The notes beneath the pieces were generated by a model. The model was given only the letters and a program-made list of their open reading frames with translations, did not search any database and had not been told where the DNA came from. 64,000 nt of DNA, from contig JBBTCT010000008.1 in NCBI GenBank assembly GCA_038060895.1, positions 1 through 64,000 of the forward strand, in the 5' to 3' direction. This DNA comes from Planctomycetota bacterium (GTDB lineage Bacteria; Planctomycetota; MHYJ01; WSZJ01). Of this stretch, positions 20,825-29,979 are shown piece by piece. Every line of letters begins with the position of its first letter. Position 1 is the stretch's first letter. Position numbers and translations under genes: made by a program.

Positions 20825-23800
20825 TTTTTCTCCAGCGGCCAGGCGACGAGATCGCCGGCGACAGGCGCGGGGCGGAGGGCGCCGCCGTCGCGCGGAGGGA
20901 GAGCCGCGAGGTCGCAGCGCAGGGCGTAGAGGACCTTGCGGAAGGGGTCGAGGGCGAGGAGGGGGAAGACGCCGCCGGGCTGGAGGGACTTGCCGGCCGT
21001 CAGGGAGGAGAGAGCGAATGTTTTTATTTCGCCCGCCGCCGTTGAGAAGAAGACAGTGTCGCACCCCGGGGCCGCGGCCGCGGCGATCCAGGGGTCGGCC
21101 TGCGCGCGCCACTCGAGATCCCGGTCCTTCGTCGCGCTGAGGCGCATCACCGCGCCCGTTGAGCCGAATAGCATCTTCCCGTCCGGCGACAGCAGGACGT
21201 CTCCCTCCAGCCGCTGCTCGCCGTTATAACGCGAATCGAAAATGTGGTACGCCTCGCCGGCGATCTGCGGCGCGGCGTCGGTGAGCAGGTAGCAGCACCC
21301 GTAGTCGCCCGGCGTGACGCCGAGGGAGCCCACGTAGAACCTCGCCTGGTCGGGGTGCACCCGCACGAACCCGGCACCAGGAAATCCTTTCGCTTCAGCG
21401 GGCGCGCCGCCGCGCGCCGCGTCAAACATGAGGCAGCGCAGATCTCCCGACCAGCAGGTGATGGCGACGAGGCCGGAATTCGAAGCCGCGATGTCGAGCG
21501 GGTCGCCCTCAAAGTCCACTTCGGACACGAGCTTCAAGGTTCCCGCCTCGATCACTGTCAGCCGTCCCCTCCACCGCGCTCCCTTTCCTTCCACGTCCCT
21601 CACCGCCGCGCGCGACGCCACGTACACGCGATCCCCCTTCGCGCTCACCGCCATCGCCGCGCAGCCGGGCGGCACCGCGGTTTCGGCCTCGACTGAAAGG
21701 TCCGCGGCCTTCAGGCGGAGCACGCGGCCGTCCGAGAGGTCCAGCGCAAACATCGTCGCCCCGTCGGCGGATATCCACAGGTCGGAGACCGCGGCGCGCA
21801 GCGGCAGGCGCGCGGACTCCCGCAGTTCGGCGGGGAACGGCATCGCCGACCCGGGCGCCGGCGAGGGCGGGAGCGGCTCGGGACGCAGCGCGGACGGGGA
21901 AGAGCTTCCGCCGACGGTCGCTTCTCCTCCTCCTAGCTCGACCGCGAAGATTCTCGACTCGGCCAGCACCACGACTTTCGAGCCGTCCGGGTGCGCCAGG
22001 AACTGCCTCACTTCTCCGGCCGCCAGCCTGAATTCCTTTTCCCGGCCGCCCTTTCCCCCGAACACGATCAGCTGGGTCTCGGAGTTCTGCGCGTAGATGC
22101 GCCCCGAGCTCTTGTCGAACGCAACCGCGCGAGGCGTCGCGCCCGCCTCAATGGTGAGGATCGGCATCAGCAGGTCCGAAACACGGTAGATGTACGTGGC
22201 GCTGCGAACTCCCTGCGGGTGGTCGGATACCGGATAGTTCCCCCCGGACGACGGGAGGCAGACGTACTTCGAGTCCGAGCTGATCTCCAGCCGCTGCGGC
22301 CCCTGGCCGATGCGCGGGCCCATTTCGACATAGGTGAGGTCGGCGCCTTCCACCTTGAAGCGGTGCAGGCATTCGAAGCCGACGCAAAAGAGATAGAGGC
22401 CGTCGGGAGTCAGCGTCGGGAAATCGAACCCGGCGAGCGAGACGCCTTCCTTGTGTTTACGGATCGCGCCGCCCTGGTCGGCGATGACCTTCCGGTCCGA
22501 GTACGACTTCACGATCGCGCCGGACTTCAAGTCGATCGCGTCCAGCACTGAGCGCTCCCTCTGGAAGAATGCGAAGGAGGAAGCGGGGGAGCTGGCAAAG
22601 CGGAGCGCGGTCCCGACGCTGAATTTCAGCTTTGGCTCCAGCGTCTGCGGGTCGAGCAGCCACGCCTGCTTGACGGAGGGAAGCAGGACCAGCACGCCTT
22701 CCTTCGTCAGTCCCGCCCAGGCGCACGTTTCCCGCGTCGCGAGACGCTTCACGTCCTCAAGCCCGGGCCAGGAGATGCGGTGGACGACGCCGGACTGCTC
22801 GACGGCGTACATGTTGGAGCCGTCCGGCGACCAGAAGAGGCACGGGAGCGTCGATTTCGCCTCGAGGACGATCTCGGTTGCGACGGCGTCCACGAGCGAC
22901 TTGCGTGCCCCGGCGAGATTGCGCTTCTCGACGTCCAGCTGCGTGCCGCCCTCCTTCGGCGTGGGGGGCTTGTCTCCGCCGATCCAGTCATCGCCGGGCT
23001 TCACGGGGTCCGGCGGTTTCGCGGCGGGCTTGCTTCCCGTGAAGCGCGCGAGAAACTCGCCCGGCGGGTAGTACGTCCCCGTCCCGGTGGATCCGGTGCG
23101 CTTCAGCTGGTACAGGAACTCCACGTCCTTCTTCGGATCTCCCGAGAGAGTGATTTCTCCCCGCGCGAATCCCTGTGCGACGGTGAGGGAAAACGGACGG
23201 GGGTCGGGTCCGATCGGCGCATACGTCCCGTTCTTCGGGGGTTCGACGCGGGAAGCGCGGTCCTTCTGGACGAAGGAGACGGACACACCCTGCGTTTTCC
23301 CGAGCGGGTCGATGAGGGTCACGGTGACTTCGAGTTTCAACGTTCCGGCGGCGTTGGAGAGTTCCTTGAATCCCACCGCCGAAATTCGTCCGAGGAGCAT
23401 GAGGTCCAGCTCGCGCGGCGGGATCGCGAAGCCGATCCCCGTCCCTCTGACTTTCGCGACCGTCACGCCGACGAAGGCGCCGGAAGCGTCGACCACCGGG
23501 CCGCCGCTGTTGCCCGGGTTGATGTCGCCGTCGATCTGGATGAACGCGACCTCGCCGTCGTCGCCGGTGGGGAGGCTCGACACGGAGCCGCGCCCGACGG
23601 TGATCGCGGGGTGCTTGTCGGAGGTCGCCAGCAGTTCCCCGAACGGGAAGCCGAGGATGAACACCGGCGTCGTCTCGCGCACCTTGGCCTTCACGGAGAC
23701 CGAGAGTGGTTTCGGCAGCTTGGCTTTGAAGACGCGAAGGATCGCCAGGTCCCTCTCCGGGTCCTCGCCGATCGGCTCCGCGTCCGCCACCCACTCATCC

Positions 23801-24066
23801 CTTGACCCGCTCAGAAAAACCACCGTGACCCGCCGCTTTTCTCCCTCCGGCACCGCGATCACGTGCGCGTTCGTCGCGATGTACCCGGCGTCACCTTCCT
23901 TCATGAAAAGAAATCCGGTCCCCGTGGACTGAATCTTGTCCGTGACCGTCTTCACAAAAACGGTCGCGTCCTTCAATTCTTTGAGCTTGGCCTCGGAGAG
24001 CGCGTTCTGCGCGGCGGCGACGGAGGCGCAGGTGAGAAAGATCGCGGCGAGGAGGGGGCGGCGCAT
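20821..24066 (-). CDS. Secreted trypsin-like (S1C) serine protease with beta-propeller domains
   Basis: Triad motifs ATNAHV, RDLAIL and PGNSGGP; many SPDG/TPDG propeller blades. Confidence 0.88.
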   Translation of the reverse strand: MRRPLLAAIFLTCASVAAAQNALSEAKLKELKDATVFVKTVTDKIQSTGTGFLFMKEGDAGYIATNAHVIAVPEGEKRRVTVVFLSGSRDEWVADAEPIGEDPERDLAILRVFKAKLPKPLSVSVKAKVRETTPVFILGFPFGELLATSDKHPAITVGRGSVSSLPTGDDGEVAFIQIDGDINPGNSGGPVVDASGAFVGVTVAKVRGTGIGFAIPPRELDLMLLGRISAVGFKELSNAAGTLKLEVTVTLIDPLGKTQGVSVSFVQKDRASRVEPPKNGTYAPIGPDPRPFSLTVAQGFARGEITLSGDPKKDVEFLYQLKRTGSTGTGTYYPPGEFLARFTGSKPAAKPPDPVKPGDDWIGGDKPPTPKEGGTQLDVEKRNLAGARKSLVDAVATEIVLEAKSTLPCLFWSPDGSNMYAVEQSGVVHRISWPGLEDVKRLATRETCAWAGLTKEGVLVLLPSVKQAWLLDPQTLEPKLKFSVGTALRFASSPASSFAFFQRERSVLDAIDLKSGAIVKSYSDRKVIADQGGAIRKHKEGVSLAGFDFPTLTPDGLYLFCVGFECLHRFKVEGADLTYVEMGPRIGQGPQRLEISSDSKYVCLPSSGGNYPVSDHPQGVRSATYIYRVSDLLMPILTIEAGATPRAVAFDKSSGRIYAQNSETQLIVFGGKGGREKEFRLAAGEVRQFLAHPDGSKVVVLAESRIFAVELGGGEATVGGSSSPSALRPEPLPPSPAPGSAMPFPAELRESARLPLRAAVSDLWISADGATMFALDLSDGRVLRLKAADLSVEAETAVPPGCAAMAVSAKGDRVYVASRAAVRDVEGKGARWRGRLTVIEAGTLKLVSEVDFEGDPLDIAASNSGLVAITCWSGDLRCLMFDAARGGAPAEAKGFPGAGFVRVHPDQARFYVGSLGVTPGDYGCCYLLTDAAPQIAGEAYHIFDSRYNGEQRLEGDVLLSPDGKMLFGSTGAVMRLSATKDRDLEWRAQADPWIAAAAAPGCDTVFFSTAAGEIKTFALSSLTAGKSLQPGGVFPLLALDPFRKVLYALRCDLAALPPRDGGALRPAPVAGDLVAWPLEKK

Positions 24067-24128
24067 GATGGGTTTCAGAAGTGGCGACCGGTTGGGTGCG
24101 GGCGGAAAGAGAGTATAGCGAAGGGGGG

Positions 24129-25022
24129 CTACTTCTTCCCTTCGCCTTCCCCCTCCTCAAATCCCGCCTCGCCCGGCACGCTTGACCCCTCCAGCCCGAT
24201 TTTCATCGCGCTCTTCCAGTGCTCCGCAGGCTTCCCGGCGGCCGCTGCGATGTCCCATTCGAGCGTCAGGTCTCCCTTAAGGTCGAAGGCCACGACGCGC
24301 CCGTCTTCCAGGCTCCACCAGACGTCGCCCTTGAGCGTCCACGCGATCTTCTGCTCGGGCTGCTTCTCGCCCGGCTTCGTGGTCCCCTTCGCTGCGAAAT
24401 CGACCTCGATCCGCGCGCACTTCCGTCCCTTTACTGGCGCGACCTCCACCAGCTTGCAGTCGAGCGACGCCTCCTCGACCGTCCGTCCCCGGGCTGAGGC
24501 CCACGCCTTTACGGCGATTCCATCCGCCTTCCAGGTGTCGCCCGCCGCGACCTGTCCCGGAGGCGCCAGCGGGACATCCCATTCGTCGTCCAGGGTCTCC
24601 GACGCCAGGTCCTTCGGTTCGACGTTTTTCTCGGGACTCGTCGCCTGCGTCTTCCCTCCCTTGCGCTCGAGCGTCAGCACGCGTCCCGCCAGCGAACTCG
24701 TCTTCTCTTCCTTCTTCCCGGCCGCGGGCACCTCGAAGACCGACTCCTTGCGCTCGTAGCGGCGCTTCGCTTTCAGCGCCCGCCCGTCCTTCGCCTCGAG
24801 AATCTCCTCGGCCAGTTCTTCGAAGCCCGACATCCGGCATTCGAAGTCCGTGGAAGCGCCGCCCGATTCCCGCGTGATCGTCCCCTTGCCGCGGGTGTTC
24901 ATTGTGCGCGTGATCTTCGCCCCTGGTTTGATCCCGGGACGGATTTCGACGGAAGCGGGCTCTTCGGCGCGCGAGAGGGAAGCAGCGATGAGAAGAGCGG
25001 AGACGAGCGCGGCGCGCGGCAT
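24129..25022 (-). CDS. Secreted hypothetical protein (paralog of 25099-26025)
   Basis: Signal peptide; G.KITRT, KR.Y, GD.W.AD, CKL, KCA.I.V and G.VW blocks shared with the neighbour. Confidence 0.75.
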   Translation of the reverse strand: MPRAALVSALLIAASLSRAEEPASVEIRPGIKPGAKITRTMNTRGKGTITRESGGASTDFECRMSGFEELAEEILEAKDGRALKAKRRYERKESVFEVPAAGKKEEKTSSLAGRVLTLERKGGKTQATSPEKNVEPKDLASETLDDEWDVPLAPPGQVAAGDTWKADGIAVKAWASARGRTVEEASLDCKLVEVAPVKGRKCARIEVDFAAKGTTKPGEKQPEQKIAWTLKGDVWWSLEDGRVVAFDLKGDLTLEWDIAAAAGKPAEHWKSAMKIGLEGSSVPGEAGFEEGEGEGKK

Positions 25023-25047
25023 GGCTGAAGTGTAATCGCGCGGCTGC

Positions 25048-25080
25048 AAAAAAACGCGGAGGCGTTGTTCGCCTCCGCGT
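25048..25080 (-). terminator. Rho-independent terminator
   Basis: Minus strand acgcggaggcg-aacaa-cgcctccgcgt followed by a T run. Confidence 0.85.
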
Positions 25081-25098
25081 CGTGAAATCCTGCTCGGG

Positions 25099-26025
25099 TT
25101 ACTTCATCCCGCCTTCTTCTTCCTCCTCCTCTTCCTCCTCGCCTTCCTCCTCTTCCTCGCTACCGCCCGGCTGGGGCTTCGCGCTGAAGTCGGCTTCGCC
25201 CATCTTGCTGTCGCCCACCATTTTCAGGTTGATCGTCAGCTTCATCTTCTGCCCGTTCGGCATCTCGCCGCTCGACTTCAGCTTTCCCTCGAGCTCCATC
25301 CCGAGCGAACGACCGGCCGTCAGCCCGAACCAGACGGGGCCTTCCACCGACAGCGTGATCTTCATGGTCTGGCCGTTTTCGGTGCGCGTTCCCTTGGTCG
25401 TGACCTTCACGTGAATCTTCGCGCACTTCTGGCCGAACTTTTCCTCGAGCGACTCCAGCTTGCAGGCGACCGAGGCATCCGTGATCTCCTCGCCCTCGTC
25501 GCCGCCGAACGCCAGCTTCGCCTTCTCCGGGTCCGCATCCCACGAGTCCCCGACGTTGACCGGCTTGCCCGGGACCATCGCCGCGTCGATCTCGATCCCC
25601 ATCTTCTCCTTCTTGAGCTCTTCGGCGGCGTCCTCGCCCGCGCCTTCAAACGTGGCTTCGCGCTTGCCATCCTTGAGGGTCACGGTCAGCAGCTTGCCGA
25701 GCAGGACGCTGTCCTTGGATTCGTCGTGCCCGACATCCGGAATCTGGAACGAGCTGTACTTCTTGATGTAGAGCCGCTTCACCTTCGTCGGCGAGCCGTC
25801 CTTCACTTCCAGGAATTCCTCCGCTTCGATGCTCGTCTCGCTCATCTTGCAGTCGAGCTCCTGCTCCTGCTCGCCCATCTTGATCGAGAGCTTTCCCTTG
25901 CCGCCGAACTCCGTCGTCCGCGTGATCTTGTCGCCCTGCTTCAGCCCGAGCTTGATCTCAACGGGATCGGCGAGGGCGGGAAGCGCGAGGGCCGCGCAGA
26001 GGGCGGTGATGACCGAAAGACGCAT
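25099..26025 (-). CDS. Secreted hypothetical protein with poly-Glu tail
   Basis: AGGAGG RBS, signal peptide, C-terminal EEEEEGEEEEEEEEE. Confidence 0.8.
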   Translation of the reverse strand: MRLSVITALCAALALPALADPVEIKLGLKQGDKITRTTEFGGKGKLSIKMGEQEQELDCKMSETSIEAEEFLEVKDGSPTKVKRLYIKKYSSFQIPDVGHDESKDSVLLGKLLTVTLKDGKREATFEGAGEDAAEELKKEKMGIEIDAAMVPGKPVNVGDSWDADPEKAKLAFGGDEGEEITDASVACKLESLEEKFGQKCAKIHVKVTTKGTRTENGQTMKITLSVEGPVWFGLTAGRSLGMELEGKLKSSGEMPNGQKMKLTINLKMVGDSKMGEADFSAKPQPGGSEEEEEGEEEEEEEEEGGMK

Positions 26026-26143
26026 GGTGCCTCCTGAGAAGAGTGAAAGGTCGTGTGGATGGGGGGGGGAATGTAAGGGACAGCCGGGTGGCAATCAATG
26101 TGAGAAAGAGATACGGGCGGGGGCAGCGGGCGTGAGGGCGCGA

Positions 26144-26887
26144 TTACTTTCGCGGGCGACGCTGCCGGATGAAGGCCACCTGCTCTTCTCCCTTCTCGGA
26201 ATCAAAATTCCCGACCCACTCCATATCGAGCAGGACCCCGGCCTTCTTGTCGAAAAACAGGTCTCCCCACATCCGGAGGGACCGGCCGTCTTCCAGGGTC
26301 GCTTCGAGCCCGCTCCGGATCCGCCAGCACTCGAGCCCGTCGCGGTTCACGTCAGGCTCGAGTTTCGACATCAGCCGCGCGGCAGTGGCGGGGGCGCGCG
26401 CGAGAAACGAAGCGATCGCTACGGCTTCCGGGTAGGTCGCTTCCCATTCCGAAAAGTGGTGAACGGGGCGGTCGGGAAGAGCGCCGTAGAAAGGGTCGGG
26501 CCAGGAGGTGGGCGCGGTGGTGAAGGGCTGGCCGTTGGGTTCGAGGCGGGCGCCGTGGGAGTCGAGGAGAACGACCGAGGAGAGGGCGGTGGGGCGAGGC
26601 GGCCCGGAGGCGTCCATTTCGAAGGAAACGTAAGTGCGGCGTATGCCCGTCGGCTTGCCGGCGGCGACGTTCATGATCTCGTCGAGGTGGCTTGCGGACC
26701 AGCGGCGCGCTTCGTTCTCGTAGCCGTGAGTGAGCGTCTCGTTGACGGCGAATTTCATCCCGGGTTTTTCGCGTGTGCGGAGCGAGATGTCGCCCTTTTG
26801 CCGGAAGCCCTCGAGCACGAAGAAGGCGGTGAAGCAGAGCCCTGCGGTGGCGAGGAAGAAGACGCCGATGGTGAGGATGCGGCGCAT
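26144..26887 (-). CDS. Hypothetical N-terminally anchored protein, distant relative of the two downstream genes
   Basis: Hydrophobic N-terminus; GKPTGIRRTY and C.RI...G.LFFD..AG weakly match the neighbours. Confidence 0.6.
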   Translation of the reverse strand: MRRILTIGVFFLATAGLCFTAFFVLEGFRQKGDISLRTREKPGMKFAVNETLTHGYENEARRWSASHLDEIMNVAAGKPTGIRRTYVSFEMDASGPPRPTALSSVVLLDSHGARLEPNGQPFTTAPTSWPDPFYGALPDRPVHHFSEWEATYPEAVAIASFLARAPATAARLMSKLEPDVNRDGLECWRIRSGLEATLEDGRSLRMWGDLFFDKKAGVLLDMEWVGNFDSEKGEEQVAFIRQRRPRK

Positions 26888-26939
26888 GCGGTAAGGGAAG
26901 GATACGAGGGGGCGGGGGGGCGAAGGCAAGAACGGCTTC

Positions 26940-26974
26940 ATATGAAATATATAATATGAAATATCGAATATGGA
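26940..26974. repeat. AT-rich heptamer tandem array (ATATNNA x5) in a divergent intergenic region
   Basis: atatgaa atatata atatgaa atatcga atatgga. Confidence 0.8.
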
Positions 26975-27075
26975 TGGCGGGCCCGCGGAATGAAGCGCCC
27001 CGAGGGGGCCGCGAATTCGGCCGGGAGACAGCCTTCATTGACGCCCTGCTCCCCCTTTGGTCCACTTCCCGCCCC

Positions 27076-27336
27076 ATGGCTGAAGACCTCGTCGCGGACC
27101 TCAAGGTCCTGATCGTCACCCGCCTCAAAATGGAGATCGACCCCGCGTCGATCGACTCCGCCGCTTCGCTCTTCGGCGAAGGGCTCGGCCTCGATTCGAT
27201 CGACGCGCTGGAACTCGTCGTCGGGATCGAGCGCCAGTACGGCATCCGCATCGCCGACGCCGAGATGGGAAAGAAGGCGTTCGGGAGCGTGAACGCGCTG
27301 GCGGCCTTCATTTCCGAGAAGCGCCTCGCGAAGTAG
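27076..27336 (+). CDS. Acyl carrier protein
   Basis: LFGEGLGLDSIDALE phosphopantetheine-Ser motif. Confidence 0.92.
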   Translation: MAEDLVADLKVLIVTRLKMEIDPASIDSAASLFGEGLGLDSIDALELVVGIERQYGIRIADAEMGKKAFGSVNALAAFISEKRLAK

Positions 27337-27358
27337 GCAGGCGGTAGAATGCCGGCCC

Positions 27359-27781
27359 ATGCGCATCGACGACCCTTCTTCCTGGATTCCGCACCGGCCT
27401 CCGATTCTGACCGTGGACGCCGTGGAGGTCGATGAGCCCGGCGTGAAGGGACGCGGGATGCGGCGGTTCGCGGCGGGGGATCCCTGGCTGGCGGGGCATT
27501 TTCCTGGAAACCCGGTGGTCCCCGGCGTCGCGATGATCGAGGGCGCCGCCCAGACGGCGGCGATCGTGCTGCTCGCGGCGCGCGGAAAAGGCGGCGGCGG
27601 GTTCCTCGCCGACGTGTCGAAGTTCCGCTTCAAGGCCCCCGTGATCCCTCCTGCGGACGTCGTGTTCGAAATCACCGTCGCCGGCGTCTTCGGCGCCCTG
27701 TGCAAGGTGTCGGTCCGCGTTCTCTCGCGCGGCGTTCTCGCGGCGGAGGGAGAGCTCGTCCTTTCGGCGAGTCCGCAATGA
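27359..27781 (+). CDS. 3-hydroxyacyl-ACP dehydratase (FabZ/FabA hot-dog fold)
   Basis: IPHRPP.L.VD, GHFPGNPVVPGV.MIE..AQ. Confidence 0.9.
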   Translation: MRIDDPSSWIPHRPPILTVDAVEVDEPGVKGRGMRRFAAGDPWLAGHFPGNPVVPGVAMIEGAAQTAAIVLLAARGKGGGGFLADVSKFRFKAPVIPPADVVFEITVAGVFGALCKVSVRVLSRGVLAAEGELVLSASPQ

Positions 27782-28854
27782 GTCGTGAGCGCTGGCAGGG
27801 TCGCTCGCCGCTCGAGGCGTTTCCGGTCTCGATCGGCCTGCTCGGCGCGTGCGCGATTCTCTTCGTGGCGACCGACTTCGTTTACCCGGGCGAACGCGGC
27901 GACGCGATCAAGCACTGGGGAATGAACATGCAGGCCGGCTTCTCCGAGGGAGAGTTCTGGCGCCCGGTCACCGCGATGTTTCTTCATGCCGACGTGCTCC
28001 ACGTTCTCCTGAACATGTACGCGCTCCTGCAGCTCTGCCCGGCCCTGGAGCGCACGATCGGCTCCGCCCGGTTCTCCGCCATTTACTTCGGCGGCGGCAT
28101 CGCAGGTTCGCTCGCCAGCCTCGCGATTGAGCCGGCAAGCCTCGGCGCCTCGGGCGCCATCTGCGGAATCATGGCCACCTTCGTCCGCTTCGAACGCGTG
28201 CGCCTCGGGTCGTTTCGGGCCGTTCTTCGCGACCCCATCGGCAGCCAGTTCCTGGTCTGGCTCCTCATCACCATCGCATTCGGCTTCAGTGTCGCCCGCA
28301 TCTCGAACGCCGGACATATCGGCGGCATGATCGGCGGCTGGGCAGTCTCCGCGGCGGTCGTTCCAGCCCTCTCGGGCCAGGACCGCGGCCGGCTCTCCGT
28401 CCGCCCTTCCTGGATCAGGTCCGCCCTCGTGCTCGCCGGCCTGGCCGCCCTCGCCGTCGCCGACGCCCGCCCCGTCTGGAGCGCCGATTACTGCGCCCGC
28501 GCCGCGGCGCGCGCATCAGAGAGGGGCGAACGGATCCGCGCTCTTGAACTCATCGGCGCCGCCCGGCGCGCGCCGCTTGCCCGGGACAAAGGGCTCTACT
28601 TCGCCCTGGGCGCCGCCGAGCAGGACGCCGGGCGGGAAGAAGTTGCGGAAGCGTTCTATTCGCTCGCGGAGGACTCGGGCTACCGGGGAGAGGAACTCGG
28701 ACACAACCAGGCGATCCTGATCGAGGGGCGCGGCGACGAGAAGGCGCTTCTCGCGCACCTTAGAAAATGGAAAGGGCGCGGAGGGCTGGACCAGTGGGAA
28801 GAGCGGCGCCTGCAACTCGAGGCGATGGAGGCGCGCGGTGAGCTCAAGCGCTGA
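27778..28854 (+). CDS. Rhomboid intramembrane serine protease with TPR-like tail
   Basis: WRPVTAMFLH..HVLLNM, GASG and AGHIGG motifs. Confidence 0.9.
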   Translation: MSRERWQGRSPLEAFPVSIGLLGACAILFVATDFVYPGERGDAIKHWGMNMQAGFSEGEFWRPVTAMFLHADVLHVLLNMYALLQLCPALERTIGSARFSAIYFGGGIAGSLASLAIEPASLGASGAICGIMATFVRFERVRLGSFRAVLRDPIGSQFLVWLLITIAFGFSVARISNAGHIGGMIGGWAVSAAVVPALSGQDRGRLSVRPSWIRSALVLAGLAALAVADARPVWSADYCARAAARASERGERIRALELIGAARRAPLARDKGLYFALGAAEQDAGREEVAEAFYSLAEDSGYRGEELGHNQAILIEGRGDEKALLAHLRKWKGRGGLDQWEERRLQLEAMEARGELKR

Positions 28855-29800
28855 CGTCGAGCGGCAGATCCGGCGCTTCAGGCGCCTCACCACCCTCGTG
28901 GGCTGGATGCCGCGCTGGCTCGCGCGCGCGTTTTCGCCGGTGCGGACGCGCTGGACGATCACGTTCGGGTCTTTCGGGAAGGTGCGCAAGATCCTGGAGA
29001 AGAACCTCGAGCCCGTGATGCCGCCGGGAACGGATCTCGCGGCGGCGGCCGACCGCCTGCTCATGAACTACGGAATGTTCATGATGGACTACTTCCGGAT
29101 CCCGCGCATGACGAAGGAGTGGATCCCGAAGATGTTCCACCCGATGCGCGGGATCGAAAGGGTGGGCGAGGCCCTGAAGGCGGGCAAGGGCGTGATCATC
29201 GCGACGGCACACCTCGGCTGCTGGGAGCTGGGAGGCATTGCGATCCGGCTGCAGGGCATGCCGGTGACTGTCGTGAGCGTGCCGGATCCGACGAACGACG
29301 CGCTCAACCAGTGGCGCGACTCCGTCCGGCGTTCGTTCGGGATCGACGTGGTCACGATCGCGCCGGGACAGATGTCGCCGCTCGACCTCATGCGTGCGCT
29401 CGAGGCGAACCGCGTCGTCTGCATGCTGACCGATCGCAATTTCGTGGAAGCGGACCCGGTCGAACTCGATTTCTTCGGCAGGCGCGTCCGGTTCCCGAGA
29501 GGACCGGCTCTTCTCTCCCTCACCACCGGCGCGCCGATCCTGCCGTCGTTCGTCACCCTCGGGCCAGGGGGCCGCTACTACGCGGACGTCGGGGAGCCCG
29601 TGCGCGTGCCGGAGGGCGGGACGAAGATGGAGAGGATCGAGGCGACGATGCAGGCGCTGGTGAAGGTGCTCGAGTCGAAGATCCGTGAGAACGCCGAGCA
29701 GTGGTACATCTTCGACCCGTACTGGGAGAAGAGCGAGCCGATGAGCAACATTGCGCGAAAGCTCGCCGGACTTGAGGGTGGCGTCAGCCCCCTGAAGTAA
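28838..29800 (+). CDS. LpxL/HtrB-like lysophospholipid acyltransferase
   Basis: TAHLGCWE (HxxxxE), DR...FFG, GPA.L...TGAPILP, EQWY.F. Confidence 0.88.
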   Translation: MSSSADVERQIRRFRRLTTLVGWMPRWLARAFSPVRTRWTITFGSFGKVRKILEKNLEPVMPPGTDLAAAADRLLMNYGMFMMDYFRIPRMTKEWIPKMFHPMRGIERVGEALKAGKGVIIATAHLGCWELGGIAIRLQGMPVTVVSVPDPTNDALNQWRDSVRRSFGIDVVTIAPGQMSPLDLMRALEANRVVCMLTDRNFVEADPVELDFFGRRVRFPRGPALLSLTTGAPILPSFVTLGPGGRYYADVGEPVRVPEGGTKMERIEATMQALVKVLESKIRENAEQWYIFDPYWEKSEPMSNIARKLAGLEGGVSPLK

Positions 29801-29845
29801 GGAGTGGGGAGTTTTGAGTGGTGAGTAGGACGGAGTGTGGAGTGA
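29801..29845. repeat. (T/G)GAGTNN heptamer array, copy 1
   Basis: ggagtgg ggagttt tgagtgg tgagtag gac ggagtgt ggagtga. Confidence 0.75.
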
Positions 29846-29979
29846 GCATCAACCAAGGGTGAGGCCGGGCAAATCGGACCCGACTTTCGAGCGAGATTCC
29901 ACGTTTCATAGGACATGCACAGCGCGTTATAGTGCCGGACCGTCCGCAGCACGGCTTCCTCTCCCATCCGGAGCCCTCC

